DNA from: an uncultured archaeon
GTDB lineage: Archaea; Asgardarchaeota; Lokiarchaeia; Sigyniarchaeales; SOKP01
Assembly: GCA_964388035.1 (NCBI GenBank)
Contig: CAYLZE010000054.1
Span: forward strand, 1-32,057
DNA: 32,057 nucleotides
Reading direction: 5' to 3'
Shown here piece by piece: positions 1 to 12,485 of the stretch. The position numbers were made by a program, and so were the translations under genes. The notes beneath the pieces are model-generated. The model was not told the origin of the DNA. It did not search any database and was given only the letters and a program-made list of their open reading frames with translations. Positions within the stretch are counted from its first letter, which is position 1. Every line of letters begins with the position of its first letter.

Positions 1-1203
1 CCGAACTTGTTTGAAATCGCTTTTTCACCAAATTATAAGGGAGTCGATGTGAAATATTATGAAGATTTTAAAGATAAGATGGATTGTATAGCCTGCGCAA
101 CTGCGGGTGCTTGTGAGTTTATGGGCACGGCCAATACAACGCAATGTCTGATGGAGGCTTTTGGAATGACATTACCGAATGCTGCAACGACCCCTGCCTT
201 TACCCGGATGAAATACATAATAGCAAAAAATTCCGGGCGAAAGATTATGGGTCTTTTGGAACATGGAATTACTCCTTCCATGATAATGAATGAAAAGTCC
301 TTGGAAAACGTGTTGACGATCGATGCTGCCATCGGAGGATCCACGAATGCCACGTTGCACATTCCTGCCATTGCATCTGAGATGGGAATTGATTTTGATA
401 TTAATGAGTTTAATGACTATAGCAAAGACGTTCCAATGATTGTGAACACGTCCCCTTCGGGAGAATATGGGGTTACTGATCTGTATAAAGCAGGAGGGAT
501 TCCTGCGGTAATGAGCAGGATTTCAGATCGATTGAATCTGGATTGCCTGACGGTTTCAGAAAAACCACTTAAGAAATTACTTAGGAAAGTAGAGGTACTA
601 GATGATAAAGTGATTAGACCATTAGATAAACCCGTTTTTCCAGAAGGAGGCACGGTTATATTGAAAGGGAATTTGGCACCAGAATGTGCAGTTGTAAAGC
701 AATCTGCCGTTGGTAAGGAAAGTCTCTTACATTTTGAAGGTCCAGCCAGGTGCTATAATTCAGAACGAGATGCTCTCAGGGCTTTATCGACCCATGAGAT
801 AAAAAATGGAGATGTCATAGTTGTTCGATATGAAGGTCCAAAAGGAGGACCGGGAATGCCAGAATTAGTAGCTCTTACTTCAAATTTAATGGTAAGGCAA
901 GATATGACGGATTATGTTCTTATCACGGATGGAAGATTTTCCGGAGCTTCTCAAGGACCTTGTATAGGGCACGTGTGCCCGGAAGCATATGTAGGTGGTC
1001 CGATCGCGGTAGTAAAGAACGGAGATATAATTGAAATTGATATTCCAAACAGAAAGTTAAATTTAAAAGTATCAGATGGAGACATTAAAGAACGGTTCAA
1101 GAATTGGAAGCCTCATGAAAGAGATATTAAGAGCCGTACCCTTTTAAAGTATCGAAAATTAGTATCTTCGGCAGCTAAAGGAGCAATTTTGGAATATCAA
1201 TAA
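1..1203 (+). CDS. ilvD: Dihydroxy-acid dehydratase (IlvD/Edd family), 5'-truncated by window edge
   Basis: Frame open from base 1; motifs GACEFMGTANT, AIGGSTNA, RYEGPKGGPGMPE, LITDGRFSG, GHVCPEA. Confidence 0.9.
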   Translation, partial: PNLFEIAFSPNYKGVDVKYYEDFKDKMDCIACATAGACEFMGTANTTQCLMEAFGMTLPNAATTPAFTRMKYIIAKNSGRKIMGLLEHGITPSMIMNEKSLENVLTIDAAIGGSTNATLHIPAIASEMGIDFDINEFNDYSKDVPMIVNTSPSGEYGVTDLYKAGGIPAVMSRISDRLNLDCLTVSEKPLKKLLRKVEVLDDKVIRPLDKPVFPEGGTVILKGNLAPECAVVKQSAVGKESLLHFEGPARCYNSERDALRALSTHEIKNGDVIVVRYEGPKGGPGMPELVALTSNLMVRQDMTDYVLITDGRFSGASQGPCIGHVCPEAYVGGPIAVVKNGDIIEIDIPNRKLNLKVSDGDIKERFKNWKPHERDIKSRTLLKYRKLVSSAAKGAILEYQ

Positions 1204-1461
1204 TCTTTTTACTATTTTCATTTTTATTTCCTTTTTTTATAACTTAAAATGTGAAAATAAGAAGGTAAATCACCCTAATTATTGAATGCATTAAAATCTC
1301 GATTTAAACCTCTTTTGTTTACTAAATTGGGATATAAATCTTTTTTTTAAGGGAACAATGGAGAAGAGTGTCTTTAATATCTTACTTTATCAATAAATTT
1401 AATACGGGATTAACATGATCCAAAATCAACTATCTAATTATTTCGGAAGGAGATTGATATC

Positions 1462-3465
1462 ATGCAAAATATTACGGACTTAATTGAAACAGTTTTAAAT
1501 GAAGTGAGTGGTAAACAAGCATGGGATTGGGTCGCGAAGATCTCGCAATATAATCGAATGAGAGGGTCACGAGATTATCATGAAATCGTCGAACGCATAA
1601 TTAAAGAGTTGAAAGAATATGGTTTAGATGAGGTCATTATTCACAAATACCCCGCAGATGGAAAATCAAAATCTTGGGAATGGGTTGCCCCGCTGGGTTG
1701 GGAAGTAAGCTTTGGGGAATTAACACTCCTGGATCCCGTACAAGAGAACATATGCCGGTTCAGGGAAACGCCCATGTGCGTGGTCGGATATTCGAAAAGT
1801 TGTGATGTGACTGCCGAACTCGTTGATGTGGGTAAGGGTTCTCGAGAAGAAGATTTTGCCGGAAAAGATGTAAAGGGAAAGATCATATTAATGGAAGCTC
1901 CAGAATTATTTATTCCTCCCCTCTATGTCAAAAAAGGAGCTATAGGTCTTATTCTTTATCCAAGTCCAGAAAAAGTCACGGGTTTCCGAGATTTAACAAA
2001 TTATAACAGATTTCCCGTAAAACTAGATATTTTAAAAGAAACTACTTTTGGTTTTAGCATTTCCCATGAAAAGGCATTATACATGAAACATCTATTAGAA
2101 AAAGGACTCGTCAAGGTACACGCGAAGATTGATGCCCAAGTATTGGAGGATAAGCAGATGGAAATAATCTCTGCCGCTATCCGAGGGAGTGAAAAACCAG
2201 AAGAGGAAGTTATACTTTCTGCACATCTTTGCCATGCCGCCGCAGGGGCAAATGATAATGCGAGTGGTTCCGCAGGATTGATTGAGTTGGCCCGTTCCTT
2301 GAAAAATCTGATAGATAATAAAGCTTTACCACGCCCATTAAGAACCATTAGATTTCTATGGATTCCTGAATTTGATGGATCGTGGCCATGGGCAAAGGAA
2401 CACGTGGATAAAGTGAAAAATGCCTTGTGCAATATTAATTTAGATATGATTGGAGAACATCCCTTGAAAATTGGACAACCCTTTAATTTATGCCTGAGCC
2501 CTTACTCGAGACCTTCCATTTTCAATGACATGCTCAAATATTTCACCAAAGTAATTGCTAATCATCCAAAAGGTATTGCAATTAATGGAACGAAGGTTCC
2601 AATGCGTTATCGAATACTTCCCTTTTCGGGAGGTAGCGACCAACAAGTATTTATTGATAGTGCTATAGGGATTCCCGGAACAATGTTTGGTCATGAAGAT
2701 CCTCTATGGCATACTTCTTTGGATACTTTAGAATACTGCGATTCGACAGAATTACATCGAGTTATTTCCATTGCATTTTGCACGGCTTATACATTTTCTA
2801 CCTTAAAAGGGGATTTTTTACTAAAATTATGGTCTATTTTAGAGAACGAATTCTATCAGAGATTAGGAATAGCAAAAGAAATTATTCTACAATTGCATGA
2901 TCAAATGTTAAATACTAATGAAATGAGCGATTCTTCTAAAAGTTCTTTGATGCTAGGAGAATTGGCTTTATTAGGAAGAACCATAATAGCAAACGCTTTA
3001 GATTATGAAAAACGAATATTAGAATCCACCAATAAGTTTGGTCCAAAGAGCACCGTGATGAGCGAATTGATTTCACTTAATGAAGGGGATTTGGAACAAT
3101 GGAACGATAGGCAACAAGTTCAGTGGGATTGGCTTTGTAAGCAAGCAGGGATTGATTTAGCATCGTTAAAAGAACCGGAGTACTTTAGTACCATTTATGA
3201 GTTAGGGTTCAAGGGGTTAAAGAATTTAGAGGATCTATTCCCTATCGCTATGTCGCCGCAATTTTCAAAGATTCAAGTTCCAGAACCTCCTAAATTATGG
3301 TTCGGAGATTTACATGAAATGCTCAACCTTATAGGGTGCTCTTATAAACTTAAAGACATCTGTGCTATTTTAACATTAGAATATCAGCATTTCTTTTATC
3401 CAAGTGAGGTTCAAAAATTCTTGAAATTTCTGAAAAGGAAACAGTTAGTTTGGGATAAAAAATAA
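1462..3465 (+). CDS. M28-family metallopeptidase with PA domain (DUF4910-like)
   Basis: PA insert (ELVDVGKG..EDFAGKDVKGKIIL); SAHLCH, ANDNASG, WIPE, NLDMIG, GGSD and WHTSLD motifs; GGAG SD-like sequence upstream. Confidence 0.85.
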   Translation: MQNITDLIETVLNEVSGKQAWDWVAKISQYNRMRGSRDYHEIVERIIKELKEYGLDEVIIHKYPADGKSKSWEWVAPLGWEVSFGELTLLDPVQENICRFRETPMCVVGYSKSCDVTAELVDVGKGSREEDFAGKDVKGKIILMEAPELFIPPLYVKKGAIGLILYPSPEKVTGFRDLTNYNRFPVKLDILKETTFGFSISHEKALYMKHLLEKGLVKVHAKIDAQVLEDKQMEIISAAIRGSEKPEEEVILSAHLCHAAAGANDNASGSAGLIELARSLKNLIDNKALPRPLRTIRFLWIPEFDGSWPWAKEHVDKVKNALCNINLDMIGEHPLKIGQPFNLCLSPYSRPSIFNDMLKYFTKVIANHPKGIAINGTKVPMRYRILPFSGGSDQQVFIDSAIGIPGTMFGHEDPLWHTSLDTLEYCDSTELHRVISIAFCTAYTFSTLKGDFLLKLWSILENEFYQRLGIAKEIILQLHDQMLNTNEMSDSSKSSLMLGELALLGRTIIANALDYEKRILESTNKFGPKSTVMSELISLNEGDLEQWNDRQQVQWDWLCKQAGIDLASLKEPEYFSTIYELGFKGLKNLEDLFPIAMSPQFSKIQVPEPPKLWFGDLHEMLNLIGCSYKLKDICAILTLEYQHFFYPSEVQKFLKFLKRKQLVWDKK

Positions 3466-3601
3466 CAAAATGAGAAAATTATTGGAATATTAAATGATTT
3501 TCTTTTACAAGATAGCAAAATTATTTTTATCTTTTTATACTTTTTAATGATTAAGATTCTTGAAATTCTAATAAAGAACAAATTTTAAAAAAGATTTCAA
3601 A

Positions 3602-5047
3602 ATGGTATTAAAGACTCCAGAAGAATATGTAGAAAGCATTAAACGACCCGTAAATCTATACGTGTTTGGAGAGAAGGTTAAAGAATTCTGGAACCATCCC
3701 ATTATTAAGCCCTCCATAAATACGGTTAAAAAGATTTATGAATTGGCTCAACGTGAAGAATATAAAGACCTAATGACTACAAAATCTCATTTAACTGGTG
3801 AGACTATCAATAGATTCACCCATATTCATCAATCAGTAGATGATCTGATAAAAAAGGTTAAGATGCAGCGATTATTGGGACAACACACGGCATGCTGCTT
3901 TCAGAGATGCGTGGGATTTGACACGGCGAATGCACTTTATAGCATCACCTATGAGATGGATAAAAAATATAACACGGATTATTTTGAACGATTTAAGAAG
4001 TATTGGATCGAGGTTCAGTCTCAAGATTTAATGGTAGATGGTGCAATGACGGATACGAAAGGGGATCGTAGTAAAAGACCGATTGATCAACCCGATCCAG
4101 ATGCTTTTTTACATATTGTTGAAGAAAACAACGATGGAATAGTTGTACGAGGAGCAAAAATCCATCAGACAGGCTTTTTAAACTCCCATCGGGCCATTAT
4201 AATGCCTACCTTGTCTTTACGCCCTGGGGAAGAGAATTATGCTGTTAGCTTTGGCGTGGATACTAATGAGAAAGGAATTACGATGGTTTTAGGCAGACAG
4301 TCTTGCGATACACGAAAAATGGAAAAGTATAATCTGGATATTGGGAATTTTAAATTCGGGGGACAAGAAATATTCGTAATTTTTAATGATGTATTTATTC
4401 CCAATGAACATATTTTTATGAAAGGAGAAGTTGGATTTTCGGGAGAATTAGTTAACAGATTCGCGGGATATCATCGCCAATCGTACGGAGGATGCAAGGT
4501 CGGAGTAGGAGATGCATTAATAGGTGCAACAGCATTGGCGGCGGAATATAATGGAGTAGAAAAAACACCTCATATAAAAGATAAATTAGTGGAAATGACG
4601 CATCTAAACGAAACATTATTTAGCTGTGGAATAGCCTGCAGTTCCTTGGGATTTCAAAGAGAAGCCGGTAATTATGAAATGGACATGCTTTTAGCCAATG
4701 TATGCAAACAAAATGTCACGCGATTTCCTTACGAAATCGCAAGGTTAGCAGAAGATATTGCGGGAGGTTTGATATGCACGATGCCTTCTTCAGCAGATTT
4801 GAATTCTAAGGAAATAGGGGCAATTTTAAAGAAATATTTGGCAACTTGCGAGGATGTTTCGATAGAAGATCGGTATAAGATATTACGGTTCATCGAAAAT
4901 TTAACAATGGGTGTTGCATCCGTCAGTTATCGGACCGAATCCATGCATGGTGCGGGTTCTCCTCAAGCACAGCGCATCATGATTTCCCGTCAAGCGGATT
5001 TCGAAGAAAAGAAACGGTTAGTAAAGAGAATTCTCGATATAGAATAA
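3602..5047 (+). CDS. abfD: 4-hydroxybutyryl-CoA dehydratase / vinylacetyl-CoA delta-isomerase
   Basis: CFQRC and YHRQSYGGC [4Fe-4S] ligand motifs, GAMTDTKGDRS, ESMHGAGSPQAQ; 481 aa. Confidence 0.9.
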   Translation: MVLKTPEEYVESIKRPVNLYVFGEKVKEFWNHPIIKPSINTVKKIYELAQREEYKDLMTTKSHLTGETINRFTHIHQSVDDLIKKVKMQRLLGQHTACCFQRCVGFDTANALYSITYEMDKKYNTDYFERFKKYWIEVQSQDLMVDGAMTDTKGDRSKRPIDQPDPDAFLHIVEENNDGIVVRGAKIHQTGFLNSHRAIIMPTLSLRPGEENYAVSFGVDTNEKGITMVLGRQSCDTRKMEKYNLDIGNFKFGGQEIFVIFNDVFIPNEHIFMKGEVGFSGELVNRFAGYHRQSYGGCKVGVGDALIGATALAAEYNGVEKTPHIKDKLVEMTHLNETLFSCGIACSSLGFQREAGNYEMDMLLANVCKQNVTRFPYEIARLAEDIAGGLICTMPSSADLNSKEIGAILKKYLATCEDVSIEDRYKILRFIENLTMGVASVSYRTESMHGAGSPQAQRIMISRQADFEEKKRLVKRILDIE

Positions 5048-5087
5048 TTTTATTAATCAAATAACAATGGAATTCAAATTGGATTTA

Positions 5088-6032
5088 TTAAAGATCATTT
5101 CTTTCAGAAACTTGCTCATACAGCTCGCTTACAACCATGTTATTTGTATTCTTCTCAAGAATACTAATTCTCTGTTCCAAGATAGTAAGGGTTTCAATAA
5201 TATTATTTAATTTGGAATTTATTTCTTTAATTTGATTTTGTAAGGTCCCAAATTGAAAAAGAGCCCAAGTTTGCAGTTTTGATTCCAATACCGGCTCTTC
5301 TAACCAATTCAACATGTTTAAAATTAATTTACGATTATCATAGACATTGATACCGATATTGGGATCATTAGAAAAAATATCTATATCTCCTAATCCTATA
5401 ATTTTCCCTTTCCCATGTTCAGCAAATGCTCCCAATATGATTGATTCTTTATTTTTATTATTAATTATCCAAGTTTTAGTGACTCCATCATAATTTTCAA
5501 TCCACGTTCTCTTATTTGATAATAAGAATCCCTGCGCATTTCGATCTATTAATAAGGAACAAGAACCTCCAATCAAGACATCCTTTATGTGAGATAATAG
5601 TCCATTCGAATTATTGTCAAAACTTTTTAGTGATATTATGCTCGGGCAATTTAGATTGAGGGCATTTTTCTCTTTTACAATATCAGAAGAAAAATATAAT
5701 CCAAACTTGGTGGCAAGATCATTCAAATTGGATTTTTGAAGGTAATCAGCCCCATATTCAGAAATTAGCATTATATTTCCTCCCATCCTCACATAATTTT
5801 CAATTGCTTTTATTTCCTCACTATTAAAAAAAGTATTGATGGGATTTCCAATAATTAAAATATCAATTTCACTCAATATTTCCATTGTAAGAAGTTGAGT
5901 TTCATTTTTCAAGATTTTGGCGTTTTGCTGCTTTAATAGTGTGAAAAATTCAGAAAACTCTTCATTCTCAACATCCAGCATTTCATTATGATAGAGATCA
6001 AAAAGAATGGTAGTATTTCTTCGGGGGGGCAT
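5088..6032 (-). CDS. GIFT-domain (GldG/IFT52-like) protein with C-terminal coiled coil
   Basis: ILFDLYHNE, DILIIGNP..F..EEI.AI..YV..GGNIMLISE, GKGKIIGLGDIDIF, DNRKLILNMLNWL; heptad tail LQNQIKEINSKLNNIIETLTILEQRISILEK. Confidence 0.7.
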   Translation of the reverse strand: MPPRRNTTILFDLYHNEMLDVENEEFSEFFTLLKQQNAKILKNETQLLTMEILSEIDILIIGNPINTFFNSEEIKAIENYVRMGGNIMLISEYGADYLQKSNLNDLATKFGLYFSSDIVKEKNALNLNCPSIISLKSFDNNSNGLLSHIKDVLIGGSCSLLIDRNAQGFLLSNKRTWIENYDGVTKTWIINNKNKESIILGAFAEHGKGKIIGLGDIDIFSNDPNIGINVYDNRKLILNMLNWLEEPVLESKLQTWALFQFGTLQNQIKEINSKLNNIIETLTILEQRISILEKNTNNMVVSELYEQVSERNDL

Positions 6033-6332
6033 TTTAAGAAAGATAGATGTTTAAAATTCTTTATAGATGTTAAGTTAAAAATAATATGCATATATAAATC
6101 ATTGCGTTAAATCTTCCTTTATAAAGGACATCTAAGGAATGAAAATGAATTCATTCTCGAATAAATTTTTCTTCGAGACCGAGACTTATTCTAAACACTT
6201 TCTTAGATGTTTTTCCTTTTTCATTAAGAAAATTTTTATAGGATTATGGATTTACGTTTTTGGATGTTGAATATGGATGAAAATAAGAAAATGAACGGAA
6301 ATTTTGTCGAAAATTAGGATTAAATGGGATAG

Positions 6333-8637
<2,305 letters not shown>

Positions 8638-8782
8638 AATATTGAATATTTTTTCGGAAAATAAACATTTTCCTTGCACGAATACAATAACAAATAAAAT
8701 AAATGATACATTTTTTTTCAAGGATAAAGTTCCTTTAATTATTAATCAATTAAAACTATTCTAAAAGGTGCTAGTGTAAAAC

Positions 8783-9337
8783 ATGAACATTTTAATAGCG
8801 TATGCTTCTCGATATGGAAGCACTGCAGAAATATCAGAAAAGATTTCGGAAACTTTAGAAAATGAAGGTTTTTCCACAACACTAATTGACTTGAAAAAAA
8901 AGTCATCTAAAAAAAATATGAACATCCAAGATTATGATGGAATTCTAATTGGAACCGGAATAAAAATCGGAGCATGGACAAAAGAGGCAAAGAAGTTTTT
9001 ACAGGATAATATTGAAGTACTAAAACAAAAGCAAAATACTTTAGGTGTTTACGTGAGTAGTGGAGAAGGGGTTAATCCCGACAAATGTATAGAAGCGAAG
9101 GAAAAATATATCGATAAAATAATGCAACAAAATGCACTTTCTCCCGTCATGAGCGAGGCATTTGGTGGGGTATTTGATTTAACCGAAAATTCAAATCTTG
9201 GATTCATGGGCAAGAAAATGATCAAAATGGTCTCTAAAAATGATCCTAACATCAAACCAGATGTAAAGAATGATTTCCGCAATTGGGAGCAGATCTTGGG
9301 GTTTGCAAAGAAGTATGCCGGGATATTAAAAAAATAG
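8783..9337 (+). CDS. Flavodoxin-domain protein (HemG-like long-chain flavodoxin)
   Basis: YASRYGSTAEI FMN phosphate loop, YDGILIGTGI, FGG, DFRNWEQI. Confidence 0.85.
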   Translation: MNILIAYASRYGSTAEISEKISETLENEGFSTTLIDLKKKSSKKNMNIQDYDGILIGTGIKIGAWTKEAKKFLQDNIEVLKQKQNTLGVYVSSGEGVNPDKCIEAKEKYIDKIMQQNALSPVMSEAFGGVFDLTENSNLGFMGKKMIKMVSKNDPNIKPDVKNDFRNWEQILGFAKKYAGILKK

Positions 9338-9400
9338 AGAGCTAATGTTATACTAAATTAATAGTTTTTGTTTATTCCTCAGTCCAGTTTTTTTCTTTTT

Positions 9401-9961
9401 TTATTTAAAACATGCTAATCCAAACCAATAAAAGTAATTAACGGGAGGCCATTCAAGATTAATATCTAATCCGTTCACTGTATTCATTATATCTATTCCA
9501 ATAGCCTCCATGGAATATTGAATTTTCTCGGGAAATCGACACGGAATTCCTTCTATAAAAGAACATTCAGAAAAACCATTTTTCATGCAATATCTGCAAG
9601 TTCCTCCCCATAGCATGAACTTTTCTTTATATCTTTTTTTATAATTATTTAAAAATTTTGATATTTCGTCATCTAAGTCTCTACGAGCATATATTTTCCA
9701 GTAAATTCTATTTTTAATTCTTTGGATACTTCTATTCGGATGTTTCTCTTTTTCCTTTTGCACGCACGAAGTAATATCATGTTGGGTATAAATCAAATAG
9801 TATTCCTTGAAATCTGACAATTTTTCCTTTAAATAAGGTGAAGCTGGGGGGCAACTCCATGATGTTTCATAGTTTGGACATTTAAATGATTGGCTCACGC
9901 AATGATTTTGAACGGAGGGATTAAATATTAAATTCTCATAATTAATTTGAAAAAAAGGCAT
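9401..9961 (-). CDS. DUF2284-like predicted metal-binding protein
   Basis: C..CPNYETSWSCPP, GGTCRYC...C....CRFPEKIQYSMEAIGID. Confidence 0.8.
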   Translation of the reverse strand: MPFFQINYENLIFNPSVQNHCVSQSFKCPNYETSWSCPPASPYLKEKLSDFKEYYLIYTQHDITSCVQKEKEKHPNRSIQRIKNRIYWKIYARRDLDDEISKFLNNYKKRYKEKFMLWGGTCRYCMKNGFSECSFIEGIPCRFPEKIQYSMEAIGIDIMNTVNGLDINLEWPPVNYFYWFGLACFK

Positions 9962-10064
9962 GATGAATACAAATAATGATGAAAAGTAATAGAAATTAAT
10001 TAGATAAGATTTTAAGATATGAGGGATAAAATCGCTTAGATTAATAAAGGGAGGAGAGAAAGTT

Positions 10065-11237
10065 TTATTTTCTCATTTTAATAAAATCCCCAGATCTCAT
10101 CAAATCACAAGGTGTAAGATATGTTTTTCCCGTCTTTTTTACCAAATCATCCAGCATTTGAGCCCATTTTTCATAATTGTTTTTTCCAGCGCTAAAGGGT
10201 CCCGGAGTGTTCATTCCCGCCATGTTTGCATCATCGATAATTTTATAACCTGAGGCAACACCTTCTTCTAATAGCCTGCATCCTTCATTTAACATGATAG
10301 CTACGGCAATTTCAGGATCGAAAAGTCCTGCTTTTTTTGATTTGTTAATAGTAGGTCGACCTTTGCTCCAATCATAGAATCCTTGCCCGCTCTTGCGTCC
10401 CGTTTTTCCTTCACTTACTAATTGTTTAATGACTTTTCCTACCTTGAGATCGGGTGAAAGTGTTTGTGCATAATAATCTAGTGCGTGAATACTTAAATCT
10501 AATCCCGTATAGTCAGATAACTCGCAAGGTCCCATGGGCATTAATCCCCCCGCATCAGCATCTACTTGCTCCCAGGGAATTCCCAATTCTGCTGCTCGAT
10601 CAAAAACCCAATTTAAATATATTCCTACTGGCGCATTTAATCGGTTTACTATAAATCCCGGCCTATCCTTCAAGACTTCAGCGATAAAGCGCTTTCCTTT
10701 AAGGCATGGGAAAGATTCTGCAATGGATATTGCCTTTTTAAAAGTGGCATCGGAAGTATTGCTCCCTCGGATGACTTCAATAAGTCTCATTAAAGGCACG
10801 GGGTTGAAAAAGTGCATTCCGCACGCGCGCTGGGGTGCGCCGGAATCCTTTCCGATTTCCGTGATGCTCATCGTGGAGGTATTGGATGCGAAAATGACGT
10901 GAGAAGGTCCGTTCGCCATTACCGTTTTGCACACTTGTTTTTTAACGTCCATTTTTTCGATGACCGCTTCAATCACGATATCCATATTTTTTACAGCAGA
11001 AGCCAAATCAATGGAGGTTTTTAACCTTCCCAGCACTTCTGCGGCATTTAATTGCCCTTTCGCTTCCAGCTTTTTAATTCCCTCTTCGATACCCTTGACA
11101 CCCTTATCGACAAATCTTTGTTCTACATCTACTAAGCTTACATTATACCCTGCCATAATAGAGACTTGAGCAATACCCGTGCCCATTAGTCCCGCACCTA
11201 ATACTAATATATTTTTAACATCTGCCATTTTTTTCAC
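10065..11237 (-). CDS. 3-hydroxyacyl-CoA dehydrogenase (NAD-binding domain plus duplicated C-terminal domain)
   Basis: VLGAGLMGTGIA, EAVIE, ASNTST, GMHFFNP, PGFIVNR, PMGP, GRKSGQGFY; start may be ATG 11228. Confidence 0.92.
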   Translation of the reverse strand: MKKMADVKNILVLGAGLMGTGIAQVSIMAGYNVSLVDVEQRFVDKGVKGIEEGIKKLEAKGQLNAAEVLGRLKTSIDLASAVKNMDIVIEAVIEKMDVKKQVCKTVMANGPSHVIFASNTSTMSITEIGKDSGAPQRACGMHFFNPVPLMRLIEVIRGSNTSDATFKKAISIAESFPCLKGKRFIAEVLKDRPGFIVNRLNAPVGIYLNWVFDRAAELGIPWEQVDADAGGLMPMGPCELSDYTGLDLSIHALDYYAQTLSPDLKVGKVIKQLVSEGKTGRKSGQGFYDWSKGRPTINKSKKAGLFDPEIAVAIMLNEGCRLLEEGVASGYKIIDDANMAGMNTPGPFSAGKNNYEKWAQMLDDLVKKTGKTYLTPCDLMRSGDFIKMRK

Positions 11238-11267
11238 TTTTTTGCGGTAATATATTTTTAATTTTAA

Positions 11268-12350
11268 TTAACCAAATACTATCATCATCATATTATTAGA
11301 AGTTATAGAAACTTGGATGCTTGAAGGAATTATAAATGAATCATTTTCAGAAATTTCTTGTTCAATATCTTTATCAATATTCACGACCCCCTTACCGCTC
11401 AATACCTTTATTATTTTATCTCTTTGGGATGGGTTCATAATATAATTATCGTGAATCTTAATGATTTTAATTTCAATTTCACTCTCCTTTTCAGGAAATC
11501 TTATATCCTTTATAAAATTACTCCCGGTACTTGAAGCGACTTCCTTGATAATTGCATCCAAGTGGACACCATTTAAAGCTGCAATCTTTTCAACAGATTC
11601 TAAATTGCTTATCGGAGGAGCACCTCTATCATTAAAATCGAATCTCCAAGGACCATATTCACTACTCCCCGAAACAAATCCCAATCGAAAAGAAATACTA
11701 TTATCCGGATTTATACCGCCATGTGGTATATTAGGAGCCATAAAAATAATATCATTATCTCTTATTTTATATTTCTTACCCGCTCGATAATGTTCATAAA
11801 GACATTCCTCTGAATATTGGTCTATGAAATGATACTCCCATAGAGAATCATGGTCATGGTAAAAGCTTCCCCCCGGATTAACAATGGCATAATTCAAGCT
11901 GAAATCATTTGCAAAGAGCCCTTGGATTATTTGAATCCCTTGGTCGGGAAGATCAATGATTCCATTTTCGAGTAAAAAAGGATTATCCCAATTTAAAATA
12001 TATAATCCTTTGCTATTCATGACTATTTCCGCTAATTTGGAAAAGATTTCATCTAATTCTTTAATTCTTCTATCTTTTAAGGAGAACTCATCAAAAATTG
12101 ATAAAGCATTTTCGAAAAGGCGGACGTAATGTCGAAAACGTCGTATTATGTAATTATCAGTAGGGATAACCTCTTCTCGTAATGCAAGTATTCTTTTAAT
12201 AATGTCTGATATGTTACTTAAAAAGGTGAATTCTGAAGATTCTTTAACTTCTTCTTGGAGGATTTGAAGTTTCTGAAGCACTACATCGAGATATCCTCCG
12301 GTACGAAATCCATAACAAAATAACCTATATAAATATATTTTGGATTGCAT
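11268..12350 (-). CDS. Bicupin protein with N-terminal helical domain
   Basis: Cupin motif 1 HDHDSLWEYH and motif 2 FMAPNIPHG; second degenerate cupin (VLSGKG..NDSFIIPSSI); start uncertain (12350 or 12395). Confidence 0.65.
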   Translation of the reverse strand: MQSKIYLYRLFCYGFRTGGYLDVVLQKLQILQEEVKESSEFTFLSNISDIIKRILALREEVIPTDNYIIRRFRHYVRLFENALSIFDEFSLKDRRIKELDEIFSKLAEIVMNSKGLYILNWDNPFLLENGIIDLPDQGIQIIQGLFANDFSLNYAIVNPGGSFYHDHDSLWEYHFIDQYSEECLYEHYRAGKKYKIRDNDIIFMAPNIPHGGINPDNSISFRLGFVSGSSEYGPWRFDFNDRGAPPISNLESVEKIAALNGVHLDAIIKEVASSTGSNFIKDIRFPEKESEIEIKIIKIHDNYIMNPSQRDKIIKVLSGKGVVNIDKDIEQEISENDSFIIPSSIQVSITSNNMMMIVFG

Positions 12351-12485
12351 GTACGCTGAATTTCTCAATTGCCGATAACTAGATGATGTTAGCATTCTAT
12401 AGGAAATTAAATTAAAAAATAAATATAAAATTTAGTATAATTTTCTAAATGTAAAAAAACTCAGTCGACAAATAAGAAAAAAGAG

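Noticed and set aside
6123-6219. Canonical purine riboswitch before purA
   Set aside because: Conserved core nucleotides and loop-loop sequences of the guanine/adenine aptamer are not apparent.
8638-8721. N-terminal signal-peptide-like extension on the PfkB kinase
   Set aside because: Probably translated intergenic/promoter sequence; family similarity begins at MSTLK (8637).
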